Shown here: in pieces, positions 29,906 through 39,381 of the stretch
Numbering within the stretch: position 1 is the stretch's first letter
Layout of the letters: every line of letters begins with the position of its first letter
Assembly (NCBI GenBank): GCA_963704885.1
Contig: CAVPIB010000004.1
Coordinates: forward strand, 896,001-960,000
From: an uncultured Actinomycetes bacterium
GTDB lineage: Bacteria; Actinomycetota; UBA4738; HRBIN12
Length of the DNA stretch: 64,000 nucleotides
Reading direction: 5' to 3'
Program-made: the position numbers and the translations under genes
Notes under the pieces: generated by a model
The model's database searches: none
What the model saw: the letters and a program-made list of their open reading frames with translations, nothing else
What the model was told of the DNA's origin: nothing

Positions 29906-31234
29906 TCAGCGGCGCATCGGCGGAGCCGAGCGGATGGGCTCGGGTATCAGGTCGCCGTGCGCGTCGATGAGCTCGTCGACGAGGTCGAGTATCTCCCCGA
30001 TCGTGAGCGTGGCGGCGGTGTTGGGGTCGAGTAGAGCCGCCTGATAGACGAGCTCCCGCGAGCCCTCCACCACGGCTCGAACCGTAAGCTCGGCGACGTT
30101 TTCGAAAGTGCGGTTGAGTGCGAGGCACTGGGGTGGGATCGCGCCGATCGGTATCGGCCGGACGCCCTCCCGGTCCACCACGACGGGGACCTCGACGCAG
30201 GCGTCCGGGGCGAGGCCGTCGATCAACCCTTCGTTGCGCACGTTGCCATAGAGCTCGACAGGTTCGCCGGTCTCGAGCGCGTGGATGAACTGGCTCGCGA
30301 GCTCCTGCGTCGGCTCTACGCCGAGTCCCTCGCCCGCATCGAGCCGTCGCTTCAACTCCTCGAACTCCGCGAGGTTCTCGTCCGATCGGCGGAGGTACTC
30401 GTCGATCTCGGAGCGGAAGCGCTCCACCTGGTCGTCGTGTCGCAGGAACCACGGAACGTACTCGCTCGAGTGCTCGCTGGACTCGGTGGGGAAGTACCCG
30501 AACCGCTTGTAGAGCTCGACTCGCACCCGCCGCCCGAGGCCTTCGGGGTCGGCGTAGACGATCTCCCGCAGCCGCGGGTACAGGTCCTCTCCCGTCGCGC
30601 GGTCGCGGAAGACGTAAACGAAGCACTGGTGGTTGAAGCCGGCCGTGCGGAACTCGACGCGCTCCTCGGGGACGCCGACGGTACGAGCGAGGAACGCGTG
30701 CGTGTCGCGGACGCTGTGGCAGACGCCGATCGTGCGGGCGGCCGGCCACGATGACCCGGCCCAGACGCCCCATGGCACCATGGCCATCGGGTTCGAGTAG
30801 TTCAGGATCAGCGCGCCCGGGCAGAGTTCGGACATCTCCTCGGCCATCGCCACGATGACCGGGATCGTGCGTAATCCGCGGAAGATGCCGCCGATGCCGA
30901 TCGTATCGGCGATCGTCTGCCGGAGACCGTACTGGGTGGGGATGTCGAAGTCCGTGCGCGTGGCCCGGTACCCGCCGACCTGGATCTCGTTGATCATGTA
31001 GTCGGCTCCCTCGAACGCGAGCCGGCGGTCCGGGTAGGCGGTAACGGTGTGCGCCGCGCCGGTCCGCTCGACCAGTGCCCGGGCGGCCTGCTCGGCGTAG
31101 GTCAGGCGCTCGGGATCGATGTCGTGCAATGCGATCTCGAACGCGCCGTGCAGCTCGGGCCAAGATGCGAGATCGCTGACGATGTTCCTGGTGAACTCGA
31201 CGCTCCCGGCCCCGACGATCGCGATCTTCGCCAC
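29906..31234 (-). CDS. GH4 NAD-dependent alpha-galactosidase (MelA-like)
   Basis: KIAIVGAGSVEF, QTIADT, NYSNPM, GVCHS, TESSEH. Confidence 0.9.
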   Translation of the reverse strand: MAKIAIVGAGSVEFTRNIVSDLASWPELHGAFEIALHDIDPERLTYAEQAARALVERTGAAHTVTAYPDRRLAFEGADYMINEIQVGGYRATRTDFDIPTQYGLRQTIADTIGIGGIFRGLRTIPVIVAMAEEMSELCPGALILNYSNPMAMVPWGVWAGSSWPAARTIGVCHSVRDTHAFLARTVGVPEERVEFRTAGFNHQCFVYVFRDRATGEDLYPRLREIVYADPEGLGRRVRVELYKRFGYFPTESSEHSSEYVPWFLRHDDQVERFRSEIDEYLRRSDENLAEFEELKRRLDAGEGLGVEPTQELASQFIHALETGEPVELYGNVRNEGLIDGLAPDACVEVPVVVDREGVRPIPIGAIPPQCLALNRTFENVAELTVRAVVEGSRELVYQAALLDPNTAATLTIGEILDLVDELIDAHGDLIPEPIRSAPPMRR

Positions 31235-31340
31235 GGCGCATAGCTTCCCAGAGCGCCCCGATAACGATCCCGAACGATATCGGTGACCCCGGTAGACGAG
31301 ATCCTCGGATACGGGACCGGGTAACGGCGAGGCGGCCGAC

Positions 31341-32279
31341 CTACACGAGCAGGACCGTCGCTCGTTCGGCGAGAGCCTCGGCCCGCGAGCGGTCCAACCG
31401 GCCCGCGCCCGGAAGCTCCGCGTTCGCGGTGGCGGCACCGAGCGCCAACCGGAGCGCGCCCGCCCAACCCTCGCCACGTTCCAGACCCACGACCAGGCCC
31501 GCCAGGAAGGCGTCGCCGCTACCGACCGGATAGCGACCACGCTCGTAGAGCACGCCCTCGTACAGCGCGCCGTCGGGCGCAGCCAAGACCACGCCGTCGG
31601 CTCCCCGCGTGACGATACCCGCGTGACCTTCACCCCCGGCCAGCTCGCGGAGCTTCTGTGCGGCGGCCAGCGACTCCTCGCGGCGCGCCGTAGGGACGCC
31701 CAACAGCTCGGAGGCCTCGGCGGTGTTCACCTTCACGATCTCGGGTCCGGCGGCCAGGGCCAGACGCAGCCGCTCACCCTCCGCGTCGAGCGCCACCTGC
31801 GCGCCGGCCGCGCGCGCCTCCGCCACCACGTCGCGGTACCCGGCGTCGTCCACGCCGAGCGGCAACGACCCCGAGATGGTCAGCCACGATGTTTCGGGGA
31901 ACCGGACGGAAGCAACTTCGGCCAACTCCGCCCAGGCGGCCGCCGGGATCTCGGATCCGTGCTCGTAGAACTCGGTCAGTCCGCCGGTCTCTCGATCGGC
32001 CACCGACAGCGAGGATCTGTTCTCGCCATGCGTCCACACGAACGATCCCGGAACTCCCTCGGCTGAGAGCATCTCCGCCAGCCACTTCCCGGCGTGACCC
32101 CGCAGGAGCGCGATCACACGGACCTCGCCGCCGAGCGACCGCACAGCGCGCGCGACGTTCAGCCCTTTCCCGCCTGCCGTCTGCTGGAAGCCGACCGGCC
32201 GGTGGATGTCACCTCGCACCAGTCGATCGACCTCGAACAGCTTGTCGATCGATGGGTTCGCTGCCAGGCAGACGATCAT
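31341..32279 (-). CDS. 1-phosphofructokinase/tagatose-6-phosphate kinase family
   Basis: NPSID, GGKGLNVA, ISGSLP, GSGDAFLAG. Confidence 0.9.
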   Translation of the reverse strand: MIVCLAANPSIDKLFEVDRLVRGDIHRPVGFQQTAGGKGLNVARAVRSLGGEVRVIALLRGHAGKWLAEMLSAEGVPGSFVWTHGENRSSLSVADRETGGLTEFYEHGSEIPAAAWAELAEVASVRFPETSWLTISGSLPLGVDDAGYRDVVAEARAAGAQVALDAEGERLRLALAAGPEIVKVNTAEASELLGVPTARREESLAAAQKLRELAGGEGHAGIVTRGADGVVLAAPDGALYEGVLYERGRYPVGSGDAFLAGLVVGLERGEGWAGALRLALGAATANAELPGAGRLDRSRAEALAERATVLLV

Positions 32280-33217
32280 GCGACTCGTCCCTCTTCCAAC
32301 AATGCCAACGCTTCCTCCCGGGTCGCCTGGCCGGTCGAACCGCCGGTGCTCGTGGTCGAGATCGCGCCGCACGCGTTGGCGAACGCGAGGGCCTGATCGA
32401 TCGGCTGGCCGTCGAGCCATGCGGCCAGGTACCCGGCATCGAATGAATCGCCCGCGCCCGTCGTGTCACGAACAGGAACGGCGATGCCCTCGACGCTCGC
32501 ATCCACCCCAACGCTCACGGCCCTGGCGCCACCGGAGTCGAGCTTCACGACCACCGTGCCGGCCCCCGCCTCTCGCAGTCGCGCGATCGCCTCGTCGAGC
32601 TCCGAGATGTGCCCGATGCTGTATGCCTCCATCGCGTTCGGAAGGAACACGTCGACCACTGCCAGGAGCTTCATGAGATCGTCCCCCCACCGCCCCGAGG
32701 GGTCCCAGTTGGGATCGACGGACGTGGTGCCTCCTCGGGTCCGCACGCCGGCGAAGAGCCCCGGCAGATCCGGCGCGAGCGAGCGCTGCAAGAAGTACGA
32801 GCCCACGTGCACGTGGCGCGCCTTGGCGATCAGAGCTGGATCGATATGCGCAGCCGATAGCTCGCCGATCGGGCCCAGCGCGGTGAGCATGGCACGGTCC
32901 TCCGGTTCCGAAAGCACCACCGTCAGCCCGGTCGGACGGTCCGGGTCGACCACGAGTCCGGAGATGTCCACCCCGCGCGCATCCAGCTCCTCGCGCATGA
33001 ATCTGCCGAAGACATCGTCACCCACCAGGCCGGCGAGCCCGACGCGCAAGCCGAGACGTGCCGCGCCACAAGCGAAGATGGCGCCCGATCCTCCGATCGT
33101 GAGCCTCGCCTCGTCCACCAGACGCTCCGCTTGCCCGAACGCCGGCCGAACGTCACCGCCACGCAGCACCAGGTCGGGGTTGGCGTCGCCCAGGACCAGC
33201 ACGTCTAACGCGGACAT
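32276..33217 (-). CDS. PfkB family carbohydrate kinase
   Basis: GGSGAIFA, DPNWDP, DTTGAGDSFDAG. Confidence 0.92.
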   Translation of the reverse strand: MSALDVLVLGDANPDLVLRGGDVRPAFGQAERLVDEARLTIGGSGAIFACGAARLGLRVGLAGLVGDDVFGRFMREELDARGVDISGLVVDPDRPTGLTVVLSEPEDRAMLTALGPIGELSAAHIDPALIAKARHVHVGSYFLQRSLAPDLPGLFAGVRTRGGTTSVDPNWDPSGRWGDDLMKLLAVVDVFLPNAMEAYSIGHISELDEAIARLREAGAGTVVVKLDSGGARAVSVGVDASVEGIAVPVRDTTGAGDSFDAGYLAAWLDGQPIDQALAFANACGAISTTSTGGSTGQATREEALALLEEGRVA

Positions 33218-33283
33218 GTTCGAGAGACTACTTCCCTTCTCCCGCACGGGGGTTCGGAACATCGATGGGGCTACGATCGCCTC

Positions 33284-33796
33284 ATGCCGCCTCGGATAAC
33301 GCTCATCCAGGCCGACATCACGACGCAGGTGGTCGATGCGATCGTCAACGCCGCCAACACGTCTCTGCGACCCGGCGGCGGTGTGGACGAGGCGATCACG
33401 CGAGCCGCAGGCCCGGCGGCGCTCGCCGATCGCGAGCGCGTGATCCGCGAGCGAGGCGTTCCACCTCTCCCGACCGGACTGGCCGTCGCGACGATCGGCG
33501 GCGCCCTCCCCGCCCGCTGGATCATCCACACGGCCGGCCCCATCTATTCAGGCTCCGCCGAGGACCCGCTCTTGCTGGCCTCGTGCCACGTCGAGTCCCT
33601 GCGCGTGGCCGACGAGCTCGGGGCGCTCATCGTGGCCTTCCCCGCGATCTCGACCGGGGTCTACGGCTACCCCCTTCCCGAGGCGGCAACCGTATCGGTC
33701 GGCGCGGTCCTCGCGGCTCGGACGGAGGTCCGCGAGGTTCGGTTCGTGCTGTTCGATGACCGAGCCAAGGCCGCGTTCGAGGTGGCGCTTGGCTGA
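33284..33796 (+). CDS. Macro domain O-acetyl-ADP-ribose deacetylase
   Basis: DAIVNAAN..GGGVD, IHTAGP, FPAISTGVYGYP. Confidence 0.93.
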   Translation: MPPRITLIQADITTQVVDAIVNAANTSLRPGGGVDEAITRAAGPAALADRERVIRERGVPPLPTGLAVATIGGALPARWIIHTAGPIYSGSAEDPLLLASCHVESLRVADELGALIVAFPAISTGVYGYPLPEAATVSVGAVLAARTEVREVRFVLFDDRAKAAFEVALG

Positions 33797-33832
33797 GGGA
33801 ATACGCACCTCGCTGATAGGATTCGCACCTGC

Positions 33833-34168
33833 ATGTTGGAGGAACTGACCACGCCGCGCGGCACGTACGAGCGCCTCGACAAGGTCCAGCTCGTGGACTG
33901 CCGCGAGCCGTACGAGTGGAACGCCGGCCGCGTGGAAGGCGCGATCCACATGCCGCTGAACGCGATCATGGCCGGCATGGGCACAGACCTCGACCACACC
34001 AAGCCGATCGTCGTGATCTGCCGGAGCGGCAACCGAAGCGAACTCGCCACCATGATGTTCCAGGCGCGCGGCTTCGAGGCGTACAACCTCGAAGGGGGCA
34101 TCGAGGCGTGGGCTCGCGAAGGCCTGCCGTACTCGGCGCCCGACGGCTCCCCCGGCCGCATCGCCTGA
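33833..34168 (+). CDS. Rhodanese-like sulfurtransferase
   Basis: DCREPYEW, CRSGNRS, LEGGIEAW. Confidence 0.9.
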   Translation: MLEELTTPRGTYERLDKVQLVDCREPYEWNAGRVEGAIHMPLNAIMAGMGTDLDHTKPIVVICRSGNRSELATMMFQARGFEAYNLEGGIEAWAREGLPYSAPDGSPGRIA

Positions 34169-34216
34169 CCGCGCCCGCCTGCTGGGCCGGCTCCGCGTTC
34201 CACGTACGCTAGCCGC

Positions 34217-35680
34217 ATGGCGGATGTCGACGGAGCCAGACGCGCGCTGGAAGCCGCGCTCGGCCCGGCCGAGGTTCTGGCCGACCCGCTGGCGCTCAAG
34301 CTCTACGCACGTGACGCATCCATGGTCGAAGGCGGCTGCGCGTTGGTCGCGTTCCCTAGATCGACCGACGACATCGTCGCGTGCATGCGGATCGCGACTC
34401 AGCACGGACTGGCCGTCGTACCGCGCGGGAGCGGTACGGGATTGGCCGGCGGGGCCACGCCCATAGGTGACTCGCTGGTCGTGGTCACCTCGAAGATGAA
34501 CACGATCTTGGAGATCCGGACCCAAGATCGCCTGGCCTGGGTCGAGCCGGGGGTGTTCAACCTCGATCTGTCCGACGCGCTCCGGCCGCTCGGATGGACG
34601 TATGCGCCCGATCCCTCGTCTCAGCAGACGTCGTCGATCGGCGGCAACGTGAGCACCAACGCCGGCGGCCCTCACTGCCTGGCCTACGGAGTCACGTCGG
34701 CGCACGTACTCGCGCTCGACGTGGTGCTCCCAGATGGTTCGGTGGAACGGTTCGGCAGCGAGGGACCCGAGGCGCCCGGCTACGACCTCCGCGGGGTCGT
34801 CATCGGCTCGGAGGGAACGCTCGGGATGGTGGCGCGGGTATGCGTTCGTCTCACCCCGCTGCCGCCTGCGGTCCGCACCATGCTTCTGGATTTCGGCAGC
34901 GTCGAGGACTGCGCCGCGACGGTCTCGGACATCATCGCGCGCGGCGTCGTCCCCGCGGCGCTCGAGATGATGGACAACGGCATCGTGGTCGCGGCAGAGA
35001 ACTTCGCGCACGCCGGCTACCCGACCGACGCTGCGGCCATCCTGATCGTTGAGGTCGACGGCCTGCAGTCGGCGGTCGAGTCGCAGACCCGGGAGGTCGA
35101 GGCCGCGGCCGAAACGAACAACGTCCGCACCATCCGGGTGGCGGCCGACGACGCAGAGCGCGCACTCCTTTGGAAGGGACGCAAGTCGGCGTTCGGTGCG
35201 GTTGCACAGATCGCTCCGCACTACCACCTGCACGACTGCGTGGTGCCCAGGACGAAGCTCGTCGAGGTCCTGGCCGGCGTCTACGCGATCGCGAAGCACC
35301 ACGACCTGATAGTCACGAACGTGTTCCACGCCGGCGACGGCAACCTCCACCCGCTGCTCTCGTTCGACCGCAGCGTTCCGGGGACGCTCGAGCGAGTGCT
35401 CCAGGCGAGCGAGGAGATCGTCCGTCTGTGTATCGACGCGGGCGGCGCGCTCAGCGGCGAGCACGGGATCGGCCTGGAGAAACGCGACTTCATGCCGCTG
35501 GTGTTCACGGCGGACGACCTGGCGGCCCAGGCCTGCGTCCGCAACGCGTTCGACCCCGAGCGGCGGATGAACCCCGAGAAGGTGCTGCCCGAAGGCGCCC
35601 GATGCGGCGACTTCGCCATGGCGCACGGGAGCGACGCCGCCGAGGCGGCCGCGAGCCTGCCGGAGGGTTCGTGGATCTGA
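34217..35680 (+). CDS. glcD: Glycolate/D-lactate oxidase FAD subunit
   Basis: PRGSGTGLAGG, APDPSS, GSEGTLG, HAGDGNLHP, GEHGIG. Confidence 0.9.
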   Translation: MADVDGARRALEAALGPAEVLADPLALKLYARDASMVEGGCALVAFPRSTDDIVACMRIATQHGLAVVPRGSGTGLAGGATPIGDSLVVVTSKMNTILEIRTQDRLAWVEPGVFNLDLSDALRPLGWTYAPDPSSQQTSSIGGNVSTNAGGPHCLAYGVTSAHVLALDVVLPDGSVERFGSEGPEAPGYDLRGVVIGSEGTLGMVARVCVRLTPLPPAVRTMLLDFGSVEDCAATVSDIIARGVVPAALEMMDNGIVVAAENFAHAGYPTDAAAILIVEVDGLQSAVESQTREVEAAAETNNVRTIRVAADDAERALLWKGRKSAFGAVAQIAPHYHLHDCVVPRTKLVEVLAGVYAIAKHHDLIVTNVFHAGDGNLHPLLSFDRSVPGTLERVLQASEEIVRLCIDAGGALSGEHGIGLEKRDFMPLVFTADDLAAQACVRNAFDPERRMNPEKVLPEGARCGDFAMAHGSDAAEAAASLPEGSWI

Positions 35681-36705
35681 TCCACCCGCACGCGAAGCAC
35701 GACGTGGTCGAGGTGCTTCGCGACGCCAGCGCACACGGCACGCGCGTCCTCACCGTCGGCGGACGAACCCACATGGACCGGGGCAACCCACGTGAGGTCG
35801 ACGCCGAGCTGTGGACCACCATGCTCGACGAGGTCGCATCCTACGAGCCGGCCGAGATGCTGGCGGCTGTCGAGGCCGGGATGCGCGTCGGCGACCTCCA
35901 GGCCATGCTCGCCGAGGGCGGACAGGAGTGGCCGGTGGACGCGCCGCACGATGCCACCGTGGGCGGGGTGATCGCAGCCGGCGTCTCGTCGTTCCGCCGG
36001 CTGCGCGTCGGCCACGTGCGCGACACGGTGGTCGAGCTGGAGTTGGTGACCGGCGACGGCCGGCTGATCAGGAGCGGCGCGCGGACCGTCAAGAACGTGA
36101 CGGGCTATGACATCCACCGGCTGGCGACCGGCTCCCTCGGCACGCTCGGCGTGATCGTGCAGGCGGCGTTGAAGCTCCGGCCGCTCCCCCAGGTCCGTCG
36201 CCGCATCACGGCCGTCGGCAACGGTCTGGAGCTCGGCTCGCGCTTCCTGGAGCGCATCCCCCTACCGGCCGCGATTCTCGCCGAACCGGAGCGAGCAAGC
36301 GTGTGGCTCGAAGGTTGGATCGAGGAGGTGGAGGAACAGACCGCCGCCGCGCGCACCGCGTCGACGGACCTCTTGATCGACGACGAGCCGCAGCCGTTCG
36401 ACCCGTCGGCGATCCAGGCCCAGGTCGTGGTGGAGGCGGCGGTCGCTCCCTCACGGATCGCGCATGTGGTGTCGGGGCGCGACGGCTGGACCGCACTACT
36501 TGGGATCGGGATCGTCTGGTTCGGCCTGTCGACCGAAAGCGGTGAGCTGGCTCGGATCCGCGACAGTGTCGCCGAGGTTGGAGGGACGGCGCCGGTGATC
36601 AAGGGTCCCGGGGGGCTGGGCCCGACCCACCTCCCCGCGCCGGAGGTTCACGGGCGATTGAAGGATGCCTTCGATCCCGCCGGGATCCTCTCTCCCCCCG
36701 GCTGA
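35671..36705 (+). CDS. glcE: Glycolate oxidase FAD-binding subunit
   Basis: ATVGGVIA, KNVTGYD, GSLGTLG, KDAFDP; overlaps the glcD stop. Confidence 0.85.
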   Translation: MDLIHPHAKHDVVEVLRDASAHGTRVLTVGGRTHMDRGNPREVDAELWTTMLDEVASYEPAEMLAAVEAGMRVGDLQAMLAEGGQEWPVDAPHDATVGGVIAAGVSSFRRLRVGHVRDTVVELELVTGDGRLIRSGARTVKNVTGYDIHRLATGSLGTLGVIVQAALKLRPLPQVRRRITAVGNGLELGSRFLERIPLPAAILAEPERASVWLEGWIEEVEEQTAAARTASTDLLIDDEPQPFDPSAIQAQVVVEAAVAPSRIAHVVSGRDGWTALLGIGIVWFGLSTESGELARIRDSVAEVGGTAPVIKGPGGLGPTHLPAPEVHGRLKDAFDPAGILSPPG

Positions 36706-36711
36706 CCCGAA

Positions 36712-36732
36712 GGTCCCGTGCGCCGCGGGACC
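36712..36732 (+). terminator. Hairpin after glcE
   Basis: GGTCCCG...CGGGACC stem. Confidence 0.45.
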
Positions 36733-36773
36733 CTCGACCCGACTCACCTCGCCTCACACCTCCTAACTTCGCT

Positions 36774-36798
36774 CTAACGGACTGGATAGGTCCGTTAG
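36774..36798. promoter_or_regulatory. Perfect 9-7-9 inverted repeat upstream of nosZ (candidate Rrf2 operator)
   Basis: CTAACGGAC-TGGATAG-GTCCGTTAG immediately before the AGGAAGGAG RBS. Confidence 0.65.
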
Positions 36799-36816
36799 TG
36801 AGGAAGGAGACCTGCG

Positions 36817-38901
36817 ATGGGTTCGGACGGCGGGCCAGACAAGACCGGTACACCCAACGGCGAGCAGGCAACCGGGTCGGGCGTATCACGCCGACCGGTG
36901 AAGCATCGCGGACCGGTGGTGAGCAGGCGCGCGGCGCTCGGGATGATGGCGGGCGGCGCGGCGGCCGGCGTCGTAGGCGCACGGGTCGGATTCGGAGCAT
37001 CGAGCGGAGGGGATCTCTCGCAGATCGCCTCGGATCGAGGACTCGACGGCGACCAGGCGGCCGCAGCACTGAAGACGTTCGTCCCCGGGGGAAGCTTCGA
37101 CGAGTACTTCTTGATGGCGTCGGGCGGCCACTCAGGCCAGATGCTCGTGATCGGCGTGCCGTCGATGCGCCTGCTGAAGGTGATCCCGGTGTTCACGCCG
37201 GAACCGTGGTCGGGCTACGGCTACGGGACGGAACAGTCGATGGCGGTCCTGGCTGGGGGCTCCGATCCCGCTAAGTCGAACCCTCTCGCCTGGGGCGACA
37301 CGCACCACCCGGCACTGTCCGAGACCGAGGGTGACTACGACGGTCGGTTCCTCTACATCAACGACCGGGCCAACGGCCGGATCGGCATGATCGATCTGCG
37401 CGACTTCAAGACGAAGGAGATCTTCGACATCCCGAACCTCCAGACGTCCCACGGCGGGTGCTTCGTCACGCCCAACAGCGAGTACGTCCACATATCCTCG
37501 ATGACACCATGCCCTGCGACCGAGAGCGGCTACGCGCCTCTGTCTCGATACAAGGAGGACTTCCGGGGGTTCTCGACGTGGCTCGCGCTCGACCAGGAGA
37601 CCGGACGGTTCGTGAAGGAGAAGACCTTCCAGATCGAGTTGCCTCCGTACACGCAGGACCTTGCGGATGCGGGAAAGCTCACCAGCTACGGGTTCGGCTT
37701 CATCAACTCCTACAACACCGAGATGGCCACCGGCGGCAACCTGCACGATCCGTCGATGTCCTTAGAGGCCTCAGCGACCAAGAACGACTACGACTTCATG
37801 CACATCATCGACTGGCAGAAGGCCGAGGCGTTCTTCCAGGCCGGATCCGGGATCAAGAAGCTGAACGGCATGTCCGTCATCCCGCTCGACGCGGCGGTAG
37901 GCGAAGGGATCCTGCACTTCGCGCCGGAACCGCGGAACCCACACGGCGTGGACGTGAGCCCCACGGGTGACTACATCTGCGTGAGTGGGAAGCTCGACCC
38001 CAACGGCAACGTCTACTCGATGGAGCGGATCAAGGACGCGATCGCGAACCAGGACTATCAGGGCACCGATGAGTTCGGCGTTCCGATCCTGACGCTCGAG
38101 TCGGTACTCGAGGCGCAGGTCGAGCTGGGCGCCGGCCCACTGCACACACAGTTCGACGACAAGGGCCACGCGTATACGTCGCTCTTCTTGGATTCGGCGG
38201 TGGCGAAGTGGACGCTCGGCCCCAAGGCGGGGCATACCGACGACGCGTTCCAGTTGGTCCAGAAGCTGCCGGTCCACTACAACATCGGTCACCTCTGCAC
38301 GGCCGAGGGCGACACGGTGAACCCGGACGGCAAGTACCTGATCGCGCTCAACAAGTGGTCGATCGATCGCTTCCCGCCGGTCGGCACGCTCCACCCGCAG
38401 AACTTCCAGCTGGTGGACATCGGAGAAGAACCCATGAAGCTCCTATCCGACATGCCGATCGGCCTGGGCGAGCCCCACTACGTCCAGATGATCCACAGGG
38501 ACAAGTTGAAGAACGTCCTGACCGCGTACGAGCCGGCGACCGAACCCAGCGACTGGACGGTTTCCCCGTTCGCCACGGTGGCTGGCGAGGAGCGGATCGA
38601 ACGCGACGGCGACACGCTCCACGTCTACATGACCGCGCAGCGCTCTCACTACACGCCCGACATCGTGGAGGCGAACCTGGGCGATACGCTGCAGTTGCAC
38701 ATCACCAACATCGAGCAGACGCCGGACGCGACCCACGGCTTCGCGATCCCCTCGTACAACATCGAGGCCAGCCTCGACCCTGGCGAGGTCGTGAACATCG
38801 CGGTTCCGCTCGACCGGGCGGGTACGTTCGCCATGTACTGCTCGGAGTTCTGCTCGGCCCTACACCTGGAGATGCAGGGCTGGCTCCAGGTTGCCCCGTG
38901 A
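36817..38901 (+). CDS. nosZ: Nitrous-oxide reductase, clade II-like, with Tat signal
   Basis: SRRAALG twin-Arg; SGGHSGQ..GVPSMRLLKVIPVF; CuZ His motifs DTHH, SHG, PHG, PLH, IGH, EPH; CuA motifs THGF and CSEFCSALHLEM. Confidence 0.96.
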   Translation: MGSDGGPDKTGTPNGEQATGSGVSRRPVKHRGPVVSRRAALGMMAGGAAAGVVGARVGFGASSGGDLSQIASDRGLDGDQAAAALKTFVPGGSFDEYFLMASGGHSGQMLVIGVPSMRLLKVIPVFTPEPWSGYGYGTEQSMAVLAGGSDPAKSNPLAWGDTHHPALSETEGDYDGRFLYINDRANGRIGMIDLRDFKTKEIFDIPNLQTSHGGCFVTPNSEYVHISSMTPCPATESGYAPLSRYKEDFRGFSTWLALDQETGRFVKEKTFQIELPPYTQDLADAGKLTSYGFGFINSYNTEMATGGNLHDPSMSLEASATKNDYDFMHIIDWQKAEAFFQAGSGIKKLNGMSVIPLDAAVGEGILHFAPEPRNPHGVDVSPTGDYICVSGKLDPNGNVYSMERIKDAIANQDYQGTDEFGVPILTLESVLEAQVELGAGPLHTQFDDKGHAYTSLFLDSAVAKWTLGPKAGHTDDAFQLVQKLPVHYNIGHLCTAEGDTVNPDGKYLIALNKWSIDRFPPVGTLHPQNFQLVDIGEEPMKLLSDMPIGLGEPHYVQMIHRDKLKNVLTAYEPATEPSDWTVSPFATVAGEERIERDGDTLHVYMTAQRSHYTPDIVEANLGDTLQLHITNIEQTPDATHGFAIPSYNIEASLDPGEVVNIAVPLDRAGTFAMYCSEFCSALHLEMQGWLQVAP

Positions 38902-38927
38902 TCGGATCGAACAGGAAGGAGCAAGAT

Positions 38928-39368
38928 ATGCGCAGGTTCAGTCTGCTGGCGGCCGCGGCGCTCGCGACCGCCATGGTATTGGCCGCATGTGGCGGCGGTG
39001 ACGATGGAAGTGGTGACGGCGGTGGCGACGGAGGTGGCGACAACGGGGGCGGCGGCTCGACGGCCCTCGCGGTCACGGCCCCGAGCGGCGCTGCGAACGA
39101 CGGGTTCGCGGAGACGTCGCTCAGCGTTGCCGCCGACACTCCGTTCACCATCAACTTCACCAACGAAGACGAAGGCATCCTGCACAACGTGCAGATCTTC
39201 GAGGGAACGGATACGAGCGCAACGGCCGTGTGGACACCCGAGGGGAACGCCATGATCACCGGACCGGACGAAGCGCTCTACGAGATCCCCGCCCTGCCGG
39301 CGGGCACCTACACGTTCAACTGCTTCTCGCACCCGACCACCATGGTCGGGACGTTGACGGTGGGCTAG
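38928..39368 (+). CDS. Cupredoxin (type 1 blue copper) lipoprotein
   Basis: Lipobox LAAC, Gly/Asp linker, HNV and CFSHPTTM ligands; GGAAGGAG RBS. Confidence 0.88.
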   Translation: MRRFSLLAAAALATAMVLAACGGGDDGSGDGGGDGGGDNGGGGSTALAVTAPSGAANDGFAETSLSVAADTPFTINFTNEDEGILHNVQIFEGTDTSATAVWTPEGNAMITGPDEALYEIPALPAGTYTFNCFSHPTTMVGTLTVG

Positions 39369-39381
39369 GGATCTGGAAACG

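Noticed and set aside
33548-35734. Long shadow ORFs (e.g. 728 aa on minus; also 5125-6825 and 13241-14911)
   Set aside because: Arg/Ala/Pro-rich antisense or off-frame products of high-GC genes, overlapping well-supported CDSs
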